NCBI GenBank assembly: GCA_963719225.1
Contig: CAVRAY010000002.1
Location: 1 to 64,000 of the forward strand
Direction: 5' to 3'
DNA from: Thermoanaerobaculia bacterium
GTDB lineage: Bacteria > Acidobacteriota > Thermoanaerobaculia > UBA5066
DNA length: 64,000 bases
Shown: positions 9,014 through 20,048 of the stretch, one piece after another
Layout: the number at the start of each line of letters is the position of its first letter
Position numbering within the stretch: position 1 is the stretch's first letter
Notes under the pieces: generated by a model
Seen by the model: only the letters and a program-made list of their open reading frames with translations
Told to the model about the DNA's origin: nothing
Database searches by the model: none
Program-made: the position numbers and the translations under genes

Positions 9014-12011
9014 CACCGCGGCGCGTCACCATCGTCGTCCTCTGCTGGAACCGCTGGGAGCTGACGCAGAGGTGTCTCGAGACTCTGAGGGAAACAACCG
9101 AGCTCGCCGACGTCGACGTGCTGGCCGTGGACAACGGCTCGAGCGACGCCACGCCCGAGCGGCTGAAGTCGTACCCCTGGCTGAGGGTCGTGACCCTCCA
9201 CAGGAACCTCGGATTCGTGCGGGGAAACAACGCCGGGATCGCGGCGGCCGACCCTGAGAGCGATGTCGTCCTCCTGAACAACGACCTCGAGATCCACCAG
9301 CCCGGGTGGCTCGAGGCGCTGAAGCGCGCGGCATACGGAGAGCCCGACGTCGGGATCGTCGGCTGCCGCCTGGTCTTTCCTGGCGGGAAGCTTCTCCACG
9401 CCGGCACGTTCATCCTGCCCGAGACGTTCTGGGGCCAGCAGATCGGCTCCCTCGAGACTGACGTCAACCAGTACTCCCGAACGCGAGAGGTCCAGGGAAT
9501 CGTCTTCGCCGTGGCGTACATCCGGCGCGAGGTTCTGAGGGCGCTGGGCGGCCTCTCGGAAGCCTTCACCTCGTACTTCGAGGATACCGACTACTGCCTG
9601 CGCGCCGCGGAGGCCGGCTTCAAGACCATCTGCTGTGGCGGCGTCACGATCACCCACGTCCAGCATGGCTCGACCAGCGACGCGCCGGAGTCCTTCAACC
9701 AGCTCTTCGAGACCAGCCGGGCCACTTTCCGCAAGCTCTGGAAGGAGAAGCTGGAGTCGCGCTACGACCTGGAGATGCACTGGCAGTCGATCCTCAACTT
9801 TCCCACCGGCTACGCGATGAGCGCGCGCGCGCTCCTCAAGAGGCTCGACTGCGACGGAGTGAAGGTCAGCTACGAATACGTCTACGGGCCGGGCACACCC
9901 CATCCCGCCCTCGAGCCCCCGAATACCGGTGACTACTACCTGAACGTCCTCGCGGGTCGAAGGCGGCGCCGGCCGGAGGTTTCGGTCGTTTACGCCGTGG
10001 CCGACGTCTTCGACAAGAACCGCGGCCGCTACAAGGTCGGTTACACGATGCTCGAGGTGGACGGTTTTCCGGAGGAGTGGGTCAGGCTCGGGAACCGGAT
10101 GGACGAGGTGTGGGTTCCGTCCACCGCGAACCGCGACGCCTACGTCCTCTGCGGGCTGAAGCGACCGGTGCACGTGATGCCGCTCGGAGTTGATCTCGAC
10201 CACTTTCACCCCGGCATCCGGGGCTTCCCGAATCCGCACGGGCTCTTCGTCTTCCTTTCGGTCCTCGAGTGGGGGGAACGAAAGGCGCCGGGTCTCCTCC
10301 TGAAGACGTTCAACCAGGCGTTCCGGAGCGACGAGCCGGTCGTCCTCGTCTGCAAGATCATCAACGTCAACAAGACCACCGACGTTCGTCGGCAAATCGA
10401 GGCTCTTTCGCTGAGCTCGAACGGAGGGCAGATCGCGTTCCTCCACAACAAGGAGCTTCCGTACCACGAGCTCGGCGCTCTCTACCGCTCGGCCGACTGC
10501 TACGTCTCCGCGAGCCGCGGCGAGGGGTGGGACTTGCCGCTCATGGAGGCAATGGCCTGTGGCCTGCCGTCGATCGCGACCGACTGGGGAGCTCATCGCG
10601 ACTTCGTGCACGAGGGCGTCTCTTACCCGCTCGCGGCGCGCGGCACGGTGAAGGCCGAGGCGTCCTGCCCCTATTACGAGGGCTTCTCGTGGGCCGCCCC
10701 CGACCCCGAGCATCTCAGAACCCTCTTGAGACATGTCTACGAGCATCGGGAGGAAGCGGGGGCGAAGGGGCGGCGCGCCGCGATGGAGGTCGAAAGCCAG
10801 TGGAGCGTCGAGTGCGCGGCCGGGCGGATCCGCGCCCGCCTCCTCGAGGTCGGTGAGGAAAGGCGGGGCTCCCGCCCGCAACGTGCCGAGCCGATCTTCG
10901 ACGGGCGGCCGGTGGTGGCCGTGGACGTCAGCCGCGCCATCGGCGAGGAGATCAGCGGCATCGGGCGTTACACCCAGAACCTGGTGACCGGGCTTGGACG
11001 CCACGGGCCCGAGGACCTCCGGTTCCTTCTTCTCCCCGGGCTCGGCAGCTACGTCCACCCCGCCTACGACCGCGATTTCCATTACGACGCGCCGGCGGGC
11101 CGCAATCTCGACGTCTACCGCGGGGCTCTTCCGGCATATGCGCACGGACGAGTGCCGGGAGTGCGTCTTCTGCACAGCACCGCCTGGATGGTGCCGGAGG
11201 CTGACGGCGTGCCGCTCGTGGCGACCGTCCACGACCTGTCATTTCTCTCGCACCCCGAGCTCCACACGAGGGAGAACATCGAGTTCTGCCGGAGGAACCT
11301 CGAGAAGGCGCGCACCAGGGGCGCGTTCTTCGTGGCCGTCTCCGAGGCGACCAGGGAGGATCTGCTCGCGCGCCTTCAGATCACGCCTGAACGCGTCGTC
11401 GTGATCCCCAACGCGGTCGACCTCCGGGTCTTCCACCCACGCCCGGCGGAGGAGATCGCGAGAGTCCGCGGCGAATATCGGCTACCAAGCGACTTCTTTC
11501 TTTCGTAGGTTCGCTCGAGCCGCGCAAGAACCTCGGCACGCTGCTGAAGGCGATCTCGCGTCGAGACATCGGCCTGCCGCTCGTCGTCGCGGGGGCCAAG
11601 GGCTGGCATAACGCGGAGCTGAAGGATGAGATTCGCAAGGCCGGCCCCTGCGTCCACCATGTCGGCTATGTGGCCGAGAAGGACCTGGCCGCTCTCTACT
11701 GCGCGGCGCGCGCGTTCGTATACCCGTCCATCTGGGAGGGGTTCGGGCTGCCGGTGCTGGAGGCGATGGCTTGCGGCACTCCGGTCGTCGCGGCCCGCGT
11801 CTCGTCTCTGCCCGAGGTCGTCGGCGAAGCGGGCATGCTGATAGAAGACCCGCTCGACGCGGAAGCCCTCGCCTCGGCGTTGAGGCGTCTCGCGACCGAC
11901 GACGCCGAGCGCGCGCGACTTTCGGCCGAGGGACTCCGGCGCGCAGCCCTCTTCTCGCTGGAGGCGGTGACGCCGCGCCTCGTGGCGCTCTACCGCCAGC
12001 TTCTGGCGTGA
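9010..12011 (+). CDS. Three-domain glycosyltransferase GT2-GT4-GT4; frameshifts near 11500 and 11650
   Basis: GT2: VDNGSSD, LLNND, YFEDTDYC. First GT4: SRGEGWDLPLMEAMACG. Second GT4: after the shift VGSLEPRKN, then EGFGLPVLEAMACG in ORF 11670..12011. Confidence 0.85.
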
Positions 12012-12700
12012 TGAAGTCATCGTCGGGCGCCGCGCGCGACGACGCACGCGTCTGGGACCGCCACTGGGCGGCGCTCTCGGAACAACGCTCGCTCTTCGGA
12101 CGCCTCGCCTCACTCGTCCGCACCGCGCTCCTGAGCCGGGCCGTCCGCGCCTACACGGACGAGCACTTTGAGAAGGACGGCGTGTTCGTGGAGGCGGGGT
12201 GCGGGACCGCCGAGTCCTCGTCCCGGATCGACCCATCGGGGCGGACGCTCGTCGCGATGGACATCTCGCGGCTCGCGGTTCGCGCTGCGCGCCGCATTCC
12301 GGTCTTTCGCGGGCTTCTTCAGGGCGACTTGTTCCGGCTGCCGTTCCGCGACGGATCCGTGAACGGGCTCTGGAACCTCGGCGTCATGGAGCACTTCACA
12401 CCGGAGGAAGGGCGGGCCCTTCTTCGCGAGTTTGCGCGCGTCCTCGTGCCCCGAGGCGTCGCGCTCCTCTTCTGGCCGCCGGAATTCGGGTCATCGCGCC
12501 TCCTGCTCGCGCCCATCGAGGCGCTCCGGTCCCGGCCGGGCGCGCCGTTCCGCTTCTTCCCGGACGAGGTCAATCGACTTCGCTCGCGAGCGCACGCGGC
12601 CGCGATGCTCGAGGGGACGGGCCTCGAGCCCGTCACGCTGTCATTCGGGGCCCGGGACCTCTTCATCCATCTCGTCGTCGTGGCCCGCAAACCGGGATGA
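12011..12700 (+). CDS. Class I SAM-dependent methyltransferase
   Basis: VEAGCGT, GDLFRLPF, WNLGVMEHF. Confidence 0.85.
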   Translation: MKSSSGAARDDARVWDRHWAALSEQRSLFGRLASLVRTALLSRAVRAYTDEHFEKDGVFVEAGCGTAESSSRIDPSGRTLVAMDISRLAVRAARRIPVFRGLLQGDLFRLPFRDGSVNGLWNLGVMEHFTPEEGRALLREFARVLVPRGVALLFWPPEFGSSRLLLAPIEALRSRPGAPFRFFPDEVNRLRSRAHAAAMLEGTGLEPVTLSFGARDLFIHLVVVARKPG

Positions 12701-14922
12701 AGCTGTCCGTCGTCATCGCCGCCTACAACGAGCGCGAGAACGTGATCCCGCTGACGGAGCGACTCCGGAAGACACTCGACTCGCTCGCGGTCGACTGGGA
12801 GCTTCTGTACGTCGTCGAGGGGACGGACGGAACGCGCGAGGCGCTCGAGGCGATCGCCCGGGAAGTCCCCCGCATCAAGATCCTCTACCGAGCGGTGCCC
12901 TCGGGCCTCGGCGCCGCTTTCCGCCGGGGTTTCGCCGCGGCGCGCGCCGACGCGGACGTCGTCGTGACGATGGACGCGGACCTCAATCACCAGCCCGAGG
13001 AGATCCCGTTGCTGCTCGCGGCCCGAAAGGCTTCCGGTGCGGACATAGTCGTAGGCTCGCGCTTCGTCCGCGGCAGCTCCGTGACAGGCATGCCGCTCTG
13101 GAAGAGGGCGCTGAGCGGCTCGATGAACGCCGTGATGCGCTTGCTGTGGAGCCTGAAGACGCGCGACAAGACGTCGGGGTTCCGGCTCTACCGCGGGAAG
13201 GTCCTTCGGAGCCTGTCCTTCCGCAACGACAATTTCGCGTTCCTTCCCGAGCTGCTCATCGACGCGAGCCGCATGGGGTTCTCGATCGTCGAGGTGCCGA
13301 TTCGCTTCACGGTCCGAGTCCACGGCGTCTCGAAGATGCACATCCTGAGGACGAGCCGGAGCTACCTCGCGCTCCTGCGGTCGCGCTGGGACGCCTGGAG
13401 CCTCTTCGCGCTCGCGGCTCTCGCGGGAGGCGTCGCGCTCCGCACGGCATACACGTATCCCGTGCACCGTTACGCTGCCGATGCGGACTCTCTCCTGACG
13501 GGAATGCGCGCTTTCCGCATCGCGGAAGGACAGCTTCCGGTCTTTTATTCGGGCGTGAGGATCGGGGCGCTCGAGAGCTACCTGCACGCCGCGGTCTTCG
13601 CCGTGTTCGGCGCGTCGCGCGCCACGGTCTCGGTCGCCCCCTTGCTCTCGGGTGTGCTCATGCTCTTCGCGTTCTTCTTTCTCGCGAGGCGGCTCGTCGG
13701 GCGGCAGGCCGCCTGCTTTGCGCTTCTCCTCTTCGCATTTCCGCCGGCGTCGTTCCTCTTCTGGACGTACATGCCGAACGGCTATCCGGAGACGGTCCTC
13801 CTCGGGCTCGCCGCGCTCTGGGCGGCCGCCGAGTGCCGCGAGCATCCGGAGTCTTCCATGCTCCCTGCCGTCTTCGGCGTCGCCGCAGGACTCGCGTTCT
13901 GGAACTCGCTGCAGTCGCTCGCCTGCATCTTGCCGGGTATCTTCCTCGTCTGGCGGTCGCGCCGGGGACAGGCCGGCGCGGCGCGCGCGCTGGGCCTCGC
14001 CGCGGCCGGCTTCGTTCTGGGCGCGGCTCCCTGGATCGCCTACAACGTCGTGCATCCGTTGGGATCCTTCCGGTCGAACTTCGCGACCCGGCCGGTCGCA
14101 GGCTCCGGGGATCTCGCCTCGAACCTGAAGCGTTTCGCGCTCGTCCAGCTGCCGGAGCTCGTCGTCACGGGCGACGTCGAGTCGGGCGGGACGCCGCTCG
14201 CCGGCTGGCGCGGCGCCGCGGCGGCCGTGATCTTCGCGCTGAACGTCGCCGCGGTCCTCCTGGCGTTCCGGCGCCCGCCGGAGGCCCTCCGCCGCGGGCG
14301 GACGATCGCCCAGGGGCTCGGGCCCCTCGGATTCGCGGGCACTCTCGCGGTGGCCTTCTTCGTCTTTTCGGAGGCCGGCCGCACGCCGGGTCCCACCACG
14401 CGTTACCTTCTCTTCGTGCTCCCGCTCCTCTCGGCCTGCCTCGGGCTCCTCCTCGCTCGGTTGTCGCTCCGCTCGTTCCCGCTCGCGCTCGCGCTCGGAC
14501 TGGCCGTCGCGCTCTTCGACCTGTCCTCCTGCGCGCTCCTGCCCGGGCGCGCGCTCCGCCGGCACCTCGAGGCAGGTGCCGCGGCCGACGGGCGGTTCGT
14601 CTCGTTTCTCGAGAATCGCCACGTCACCTCCGTTCTCGGCGCGTACTGGACCGTCTACCCGATCAACTTCCTTTCGCACGAACGGATCCTCGGCGTTCCG
14701 ACCAGCGCCGGGGCGGACTGGTATCAATACGAGGAACGCCTCCCTGAGGGGCCTTCCGCGTGGGCGCTCGCCTCCTGGTGGCCGAACGAGCTCGAGCTGC
14801 TCGCGCGCCGCGCCCGCGCCGAAGGCGAGACGCTCGAGGCGGCGCCGGGGACGTACATCCTCGTTCCGCACGATCCGGACTCGCCTCGCGAGGCGCTCTC
14901 GCGCTTCCGGTGGGCTCCATGA
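12697..14922 (+). CDS. Fusion of polyprenol-phosphate glycosyltransferase (DPM1-like GT2) and GT-C (ArnT/PMT-like) membrane glycosyltransferase
   Basis: MKLSVVIAAYNE, TMDADLNHQPE, GSRFV, DKTSGFRLY; then a multi-TM region with acidic loop ADADS and a soluble tail. Confidence 0.8.
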   Translation: MKLSVVIAAYNERENVIPLTERLRKTLDSLAVDWELLYVVEGTDGTREALEAIAREVPRIKILYRAVPSGLGAAFRRGFAAARADADVVVTMDADLNHQPEEIPLLLAARKASGADIVVGSRFVRGSSVTGMPLWKRALSGSMNAVMRLLWSLKTRDKTSGFRLYRGKVLRSLSFRNDNFAFLPELLIDASRMGFSIVEVPIRFTVRVHGVSKMHILRTSRSYLALLRSRWDAWSLFALAALAGGVALRTAYTYPVHRYAADADSLLTGMRAFRIAEGQLPVFYSGVRIGALESYLHAAVFAVFGASRATVSVAPLLSGVLMLFAFFFLARRLVGRQAACFALLLFAFPPASFLFWTYMPNGYPETVLLGLAALWAAAECREHPESSMLPAVFGVAAGLAFWNSLQSLACILPGIFLVWRSRRGQAGAARALGLAAAGFVLGAAPWIAYNVVHPLGSFRSNFATRPVAGSGDLASNLKRFALVQLPELVVTGDVESGGTPLAGWRGAAAAVIFALNVAAVLLAFRRPPEALRRGRTIAQGLGPLGFAGTLAVAFFVFSEAGRTPGPTTRYLLFVLPLLSACLGLLLARLSLRSFPLALALGLAVALFDLSSCALLPGRALRRHLEAGAAADGRFVSFLENRHVTSVLGAYWTVYPINFLSHERILGVPTSAGADWYQYEERLPEGPSAWALASWWPNELELLARRARAEGETLEAAPGTYILVPHDPDSPREALSRFRWAP

Positions 14923-16904
14923 CGAACCGTCGGTTCGTCGCGCTCGCCTTCGTCTCGACCGCTCTTCTGGGGCTGTGGCTCTACGCGCCGACATTCGGCA
15001 ATTCCTACGCATACGACGACATCGACTACCTGAACCACGCCTCGGACGTCCTCGCCGGCCGGGCGCCATTCTGGGGCGTCCTCTTCCGGCCGCAGGGCGA
15101 GCACTTCGTCCCGGTTCTGCGGCTCCTCCTGGCCGCGTCCGCGACCCTCTTCGGGACGAATGCCACGCCGCTGCGCCTCCTCGTCTTCGCGTCGCACCTC
15201 CTCTCGGCGCTCTTCGTGGCTCTCACGGCTCGCCGGCTCCTCCGCGACGACGCGGCAGGCCTCGCCGCGGGATTCCTCTATGTTCTTCCGTGCGGCTTCT
15301 CCTCGATGTGGCTTTGGTTCCCGAGCGGGGGCTGCGTCCCGATCGGGATTGCGGGCGTTACGGGAGGCCTCGCCGCGGTCGTCCACGCCGACACGCTCGG
15401 CCGGACTCGCGCCTCTCTCCTCGCCGCCGCCGGTTGCGTCTTCGCTCTCGCCTGCGACAACGCGCTCGTCCCGCTCCTGTCCGCGCCGTTCTTTCTCTCG
15501 ATGGCCGAAAGGCGGCGCGCCGGTGACCGCCGCCTCTTCGGCCGGCTCGAAGTCTTCCTCGCCCTTCTCGCGGCGCTCGCGCTCCTCGCGACTCGTCTCG
15601 CGTTCACGCGGCTGACCGGCGTCGCGCTCCACACCGAGCCCGTCGCCGCCCTCAAACGTTTCGTCTTTCTCGCGTGCGCCTCTCCGTTCCGCTACCTGTT
15701 TCCGGGGCCGAGCGTGCTCCGGCCCCTTGGGGTCGTCGAGTGGTTCCCGAAGATGGAAGTGGCGTTCGGCATCGTCGTCGTGCTCGCGGCGGCGGCCGCT
15801 TTCCTCGTCCTCCTGACGCCCGCCACGCGCCGCGGCGCCGCCGCGGCCCTCGCGACTCTCCCCGCAGGGCTCGGGTTTCTCGCCCTCGTCGCGATCGCGC
15901 GTTGGAACTATCCCTACGAGGAGCTCTTCGACGCAGACCGCTACTTCTTCCCGCTGCTCGTCCCGGCCGCGCTCCTCGCGAGCACGGCCGTCGCCGCATT
16001 CCGAGAGCGGCTCGGCGCAGACCGCCGTTTCCGGAGCGCGCTTCTCGGGCTCGCGCTCGCCGTCGCCGGCCTCGAGGCCCTCCTCCACCGCCGGGCGATG
16101 CTGTACCGGGTTCCCTGGGACGTGTACGCCGTGCACGCGGAGCGCTTCGCTACGCTGACGCGGCTCGCGGGGATGCTCGGCGACGCCGCGCGCGCTCTCC
16201 CGCCGGACGTACCTCCCCTCGAAGTGCCCGACACGAACCTCTTCTTCCCGGACGTTCACAACGGGAGAATCTCGACCCGATTCCTCCTCACGATCTCGAA
16301 CCGCCGACCGACGCCGCGCCTCCGCCTTGCGCGCGGCCCGGTCGGCTCCCGGGACGCGTTCTTCCTGAACCGTGTCTTCGACGAGTGGGCGCGCTCGATC
16401 GGCGCCGAGCCGTGGTTCGCCGTCGAGAACGGCGAGATTCGCGACCTCCACCGCACGGGCGTCGTGGATTTCGTGATCTCCGCGCAGGAGGCGGACGTCC
16501 TTTCCGGCTTCTACGCCTGGAGCCAACCGTCGCGCTGGATGGGGGGCCGCGGCGTCGTCCGTTCCGTCCTTTCGGCGCCGACGCTCCGGGTCGAGCTCGC
16601 TTGCCCGGTCGACGCCCTCTCGGCGGCGCGGCCGCCAGCGGCCGTCCCAGTGCTCGACGTCGCCCTCGAGGACGCGGAAGGCGGCGAGCCCGTCCCGCTC
16701 GGTGCCGTCCGGCTCGAGGGATCCGCGTGGCGCGCCTACGACCTCACGGTCCCGGAGGACGTCTTCGCGCGGCGGCGAGACACGCCCGTGCGCGTCATCC
16801 TCGCGTCGCGCTCGACGTGGCGCCCCGCCGACGTCCTTCACGGGTCCGGCGACGGGAGAGACCTCTCGGTCGAGGTGTTCCGAATTGCGTTCGTGAAGAA
16901 GTGA
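14919..16904 (+). CDS. Polytopic membrane protein, GT-C-like, with a C-terminal soluble beta domain
   Basis: First TM followed by YAYDDIDY; about 11 TM segments; DRYFF; tail SRWMGGRG...RDLSVEV. Confidence 0.65.
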   Translation: MTNRRFVALAFVSTALLGLWLYAPTFGNSYAYDDIDYLNHASDVLAGRAPFWGVLFRPQGEHFVPVLRLLLAASATLFGTNATPLRLLVFASHLLSALFVALTARRLLRDDAAGLAAGFLYVLPCGFSSMWLWFPSGGCVPIGIAGVTGGLAAVVHADTLGRTRASLLAAAGCVFALACDNALVPLLSAPFFLSMAERRRAGDRRLFGRLEVFLALLAALALLATRLAFTRLTGVALHTEPVAALKRFVFLACASPFRYLFPGPSVLRPLGVVEWFPKMEVAFGIVVVLAAAAAFLVLLTPATRRGAAAALATLPAGLGFLALVAIARWNYPYEELFDADRYFFPLLVPAALLASTAVAAFRERLGADRRFRSALLGLALAVAGLEALLHRRAMLYRVPWDVYAVHAERFATLTRLAGMLGDAARALPPDVPPLEVPDTNLFFPDVHNGRISTRFLLTISNRRPTPRLRLARGPVGSRDAFFLNRVFDEWARSIGAEPWFAVENGEIRDLHRTGVVDFVISAQEADVLSGFYAWSQPSRWMGGRGVVRSVLSAPTLRVELACPVDALSAARPPAAVPVLDVALEDAEGGEPVPLGAVRLEGSAWRAYDLTVPEDVFARRRDTPVRVILASRSTWRPADVLHGSGDGRDLSVEVFRIAFVKK

Positions 16905-16947
16905 CGAGACCCGCCTCGAGCCCGTCAAGGACCGCGTCGCCGTCGAC

Positions 16948-17607
16948 GTGGCGGACATCCGCGACGCCGAGGCCATGGCCCGCGTCGTACGCAGCGTCTA
17001 CACGGGGACGCGCGGCGAATACGGCAGCGCGGACTCGCTGCCCGTGGCCGAGGACGCACCCACGAACCCGCTCGGCCTCCATGAGATCGCGAACCTCGCC
17101 GCGGCCAAGATCGTCGAGATGTACGGCCGCGTTCACCGGATCAAGGGGACGATGCTGCGCCTCTCGAACGTCTACGGGCCGCGGGCCCAGATGCGCCACT
17201 CGCGCTACGGCGTCGTGAACTGGTTCGTGCGCCTCGCGCTCGACGGATCCGTCATTCCCGTCTTCGGCGAAGGGACGATCCTGCGCGACTTCCTCTATGT
17301 CGACGACTGCGTCGAGGCCATCCTCCTCGCGGCGGGCGAGGAAGCGGCGGTCGGCGAAGCCCTGAACGTCGGCGGCGGCGAGCCAACGACCTTCCGCGAG
17401 GTCGCCGAGACGCTCTCGTCGCTCACGGGCTCGCGCTGGGAGTTCGCGCCCTTCTCCGCCGAGCGCCGGGCGCAGGAGCCCGGCGACTTCTACTCCGACA
17501 TCAGGAAGATCGGAAGGATCCTCGAGTGGCGTCCCCGGACGACGCTGCCCGAGGGCCTGAAGAGGACTCTCGACTACTACCGCTTGAACAAGCCGCATTA
17601 CTGGTAG
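16948..17607 (+). pseudogene. NAD-dependent epimerase/dehydratase, truncated and internally deleted
   Basis: LRLSNVYGP and RDFLYVDD are present. The GxxGxxG N-terminus and the segment between DIRD and the YTGTRG strand are missing; His occupies the expected catalytic Tyr position. Confidence 0.7.
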
Positions 17608-17615
17608 GGTCGACC

Positions 17616-17651
17616 GCTTTCCGCCGGCACATCCGGACGGAGGGGCTTTTT
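17616..17651 (+). terminator. Possible intrinsic terminator between convergent genes
   Basis: Imperfect GC hairpin (ctttccgccgg...ccggacggaggg) followed by ttttt. Confidence 0.4.
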
Positions 17652-17659
17652 CCCGCGAG

Positions 17660-19537
17660 TTAGCGTGCAACGGTGACGCGTGTGTCCATCGTGGCGCCGC
17701 CCTTCGCCGAGAAGCGGGCGATCCCGGCCTGCTCGAGGTCGAGGCTGAGAACGTAGTCTCCGGGCGCCTCCGGCGCGCGCAACGTGAAGGCGAGATCCGC
17801 TCCCCCGCCGGGCGGCACGCGCCGGTCCGGCGCGACGATGATCTGTTCCGCGCGCGATGCGCCGTTCCACGTGGCCACGAGCCGCACGTTGTTCATCCAG
17901 GTGCAGGGGCCCTCGTTCGTGACGCGCGCACGGGCCTGGACTTCCTCGGCGGGCCCTATCCGCGTCGGCAGGGACACCGCGCTCCACATGGGTCGGTACG
18001 CGCGAGCAGGCATCGGGAGGGCGCCGGCGGCCCGGACGAGATCCCGGACCGGCGCCGACAGGGCGTGGAAGATCGTGAAGGAGTCCGAGCGGGCCTCGGC
18101 GAACGGCTCGCCGCTCTCCGCGAGATAGCGCCGGAAGCAGTCGTCCCGCGGAGGGAGAAGGACGACGGCCGGGTCGGGAGCCGTGCGAACCGCTTGCTGG
18201 ATCGGCGCGTAGCGGTCCGAGTCCTCGCGCGGAATCGGCGCAGCCACGATCTTCTCGCCGGACTCGAACGTGATCCGATAGGCCGCCCAATAACTCGTCC
18301 ACACTCGCGCGATTCCCATCGAGCCGAGCTTGGCGATCAGAGGTCCGAGCGGGCCCGTGACCTGCGAGTCGTCGGTGTCCTGGAGATGTCGGTGCGCGTG
18401 GAACGCGCTCGAGACGTTCGAGGCGAGGAGCACCCCGAGACCCGCGCCAAACAGGAGGCGCGCGTTCCGCCCTTCGAGTCTCGCGAACGAGACCCCGAGC
18501 AGCGCCGCGAGCGGGACATAACCCGCGACCAGGAATCGCGGCTCCGAAGGAGCAAGCCGTCCCGAGGTGGCGGCGCTCACGGAAAGGACGGCGAAGACGA
18601 GGACGAGAAGGCGCACGCGGCGGTCCCGCCGCGCCGCCACGACGGCCGGCAGCACGAGGGCGAGGACGAGAAACGGCACGATCACGCGGGCGAACGGAAA
18701 GGAGGAGTGTGGATCGTCCGAGAAGTTGGGCCGCGCCGCGCCGAGGAAGACGGGGAGCGTCTCCGTCAGGAAACGAGAAACGTTCGCGAGGAGTCCCCGG
18801 CCCGCCGCCGGGGCCAGCTCGCGGGCCTTCAGACTGGCCCATCCGTGGCGCACGTTCCAGACGATCCACGGCGCCGCGCCGAGGAGCCCGCCGCACGCCC
18901 AGGCCGCCCATCCGCGCGCCGGAACCCGCCGCACGCCGTCGGCGAGAAGCCAGACGGCCGCCGCCACCGCCACCGGAAGCGTCAGGGGAGTGACCCAGAG
19001 CCCGAGGCCGGCGGCAAGCCCGAGGCCGGCGAGAACGATCACGGCGGGCCGGTCCGCCGCGAGGCGGTCGTCGGCGAGGAGCGCCAGAAACAGAGTCGCG
19101 AGACCCAGCAGGGCGACCATCTCGTAGAGCCCGTCGGACGTGAGTCCCTTGTACGGGAGAAAGAACGGCGGCAACGCGAGCCATGCGCAGGCCGCCATCG
19201 CAGGCCGCCGGCCGAAGAAGCGCCACACGAGAGCGCCGGCGCCTGCGAGATAGATCGCGTAAAGAAAAGCCATCGTCGCCCGGAAGACGCCAGGGGTCGC
19301 GCCGAAGAGCGCGAACGAGGCGGCGACGAGGTGTGGCTCGATCGTGCCGCCGTAGTTCGTGCCCCAGAAAACGAGAGGGTGGCTCCGTCCGTCCAGGATG
19401 TGTGTCGCCATGAGCGACACCACGGCCTGATCCGCGCCCCACGGGATGCGCGCGGTCCCGATCAGGAAAACGCACAAGGCGGCCGCGAGGGCCGCCAGGA
19501 GAGCGAACGGGAAGGTTTCCGGAAGCCGCGCTTTCAG
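17660..19537 (-). CDS. GT-C (ArnT/PMT-like) membrane glycosyltransferase with a C-terminal Ig-like domain
   Basis: WGADQAVVSLMATHILDG...FWGTNYGGTIE; many TM segments; tail VTNEGPCTW...APEAPGDYVLSLDL. Frame stays open upstream of TTG 19477 to CTG 19537; start uncertain. Confidence 0.75.
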   Translation of the reverse strand: MKARLPETFPFALLAALAAALCVFLIGTARIPWGADQAVVSLMATHILDGRSHPLVFWGTNYGGTIEPHLVAASFALFGATPGVFRATMAFLYAIYLAGAGALVWRFFGRRPAMAACAWLALPPFFLPYKGLTSDGLYEMVALLGLATLFLALLADDRLAADRPAVIVLAGLGLAAGLGLWVTPLTLPVAVAAAVWLLADGVRRVPARGWAAWACGGLLGAAPWIVWNVRHGWASLKARELAPAAGRGLLANVSRFLTETLPVFLGAARPNFSDDPHSSFPFARVIVPFLVLALVLPAVVAARRDRRVRLLVLVFAVLSVSAATSGRLAPSEPRFLVAGYVPLAALLGVSFARLEGRNARLLFGAGLGVLLASNVSSAFHAHRHLQDTDDSQVTGPLGPLIAKLGSMGIARVWTSYWAAYRITFESGEKIVAAPIPREDSDRYAPIQQAVRTAPDPAVVLLPPRDDCFRRYLAESGEPFAEARSDSFTIFHALSAPVRDLVRAAGALPMPARAYRPMWSAVSLPTRIGPAEEVQARARVTNEGPCTWMNNVRLVATWNGASRAEQIIVAPDRRVPPGGGADLAFTLRAPEAPGDYVLSLDLEQAGIARFSAKGGATMDTRVTVAR

Positions 19538-19576
19538 GTCTTGAACTCTAACCCGAGGGAGCGGCGTCGCTGACTC

Positions 19577-20042
19577 TTACTGGAAGTAGCCGGTGATGTC
19601 GAGGATCAGGTTCGTGGTGACCGCACCGCCGCAGCAGGTGCCGTAAGTCGCCGAAAGATCCGGGGTCGACACGGCAACGGGAATGATCGCTCCATTCGCG
19701 ATCGCCGGCTCGAAGGCGACGAAGTTCAGCGTCGAGACCAAGGGAACGGAGCCGCCCGTCGGCCAGAGGACCATGTGGCCATCGGCCTGCGGAGACACGA
19801 CCGTGGCATTCAGGGACACGGCCTTCGCGGTCCCCGGAACACCGCAGACTCCCTTGAGCGTGAAGGTCCGCAGGGTGCCCTGGGTCATCGGGCCGCCGAA
19901 CCCGCTGCGTGTGTCCGCCGCGCGGCACGGCGTGACCGCGAAGAACTGAAGGCCCTGCGCGTTCGCCGGCAGTGACCACGCTCCGGCGGCGAGAAAGGGC
20001 AAGGCGAGGAAAGCGCACGCACAAGACGACGAGTATCCTCAT
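19577..20042 (-). CDS. Small secreted protein made only of a signal peptide plus the PCRxxDTR...DITGYF domain; frameshift near 20015
   Basis: AGGAGG RBS (20049-20054) before ATG 20042. MRILVVLCV joins AFLALPFLAAGAWSLPANA in another frame; ends LILDITGYFQ*. Confidence 0.8.
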
Positions 20043-20048
20043 GGCAAG

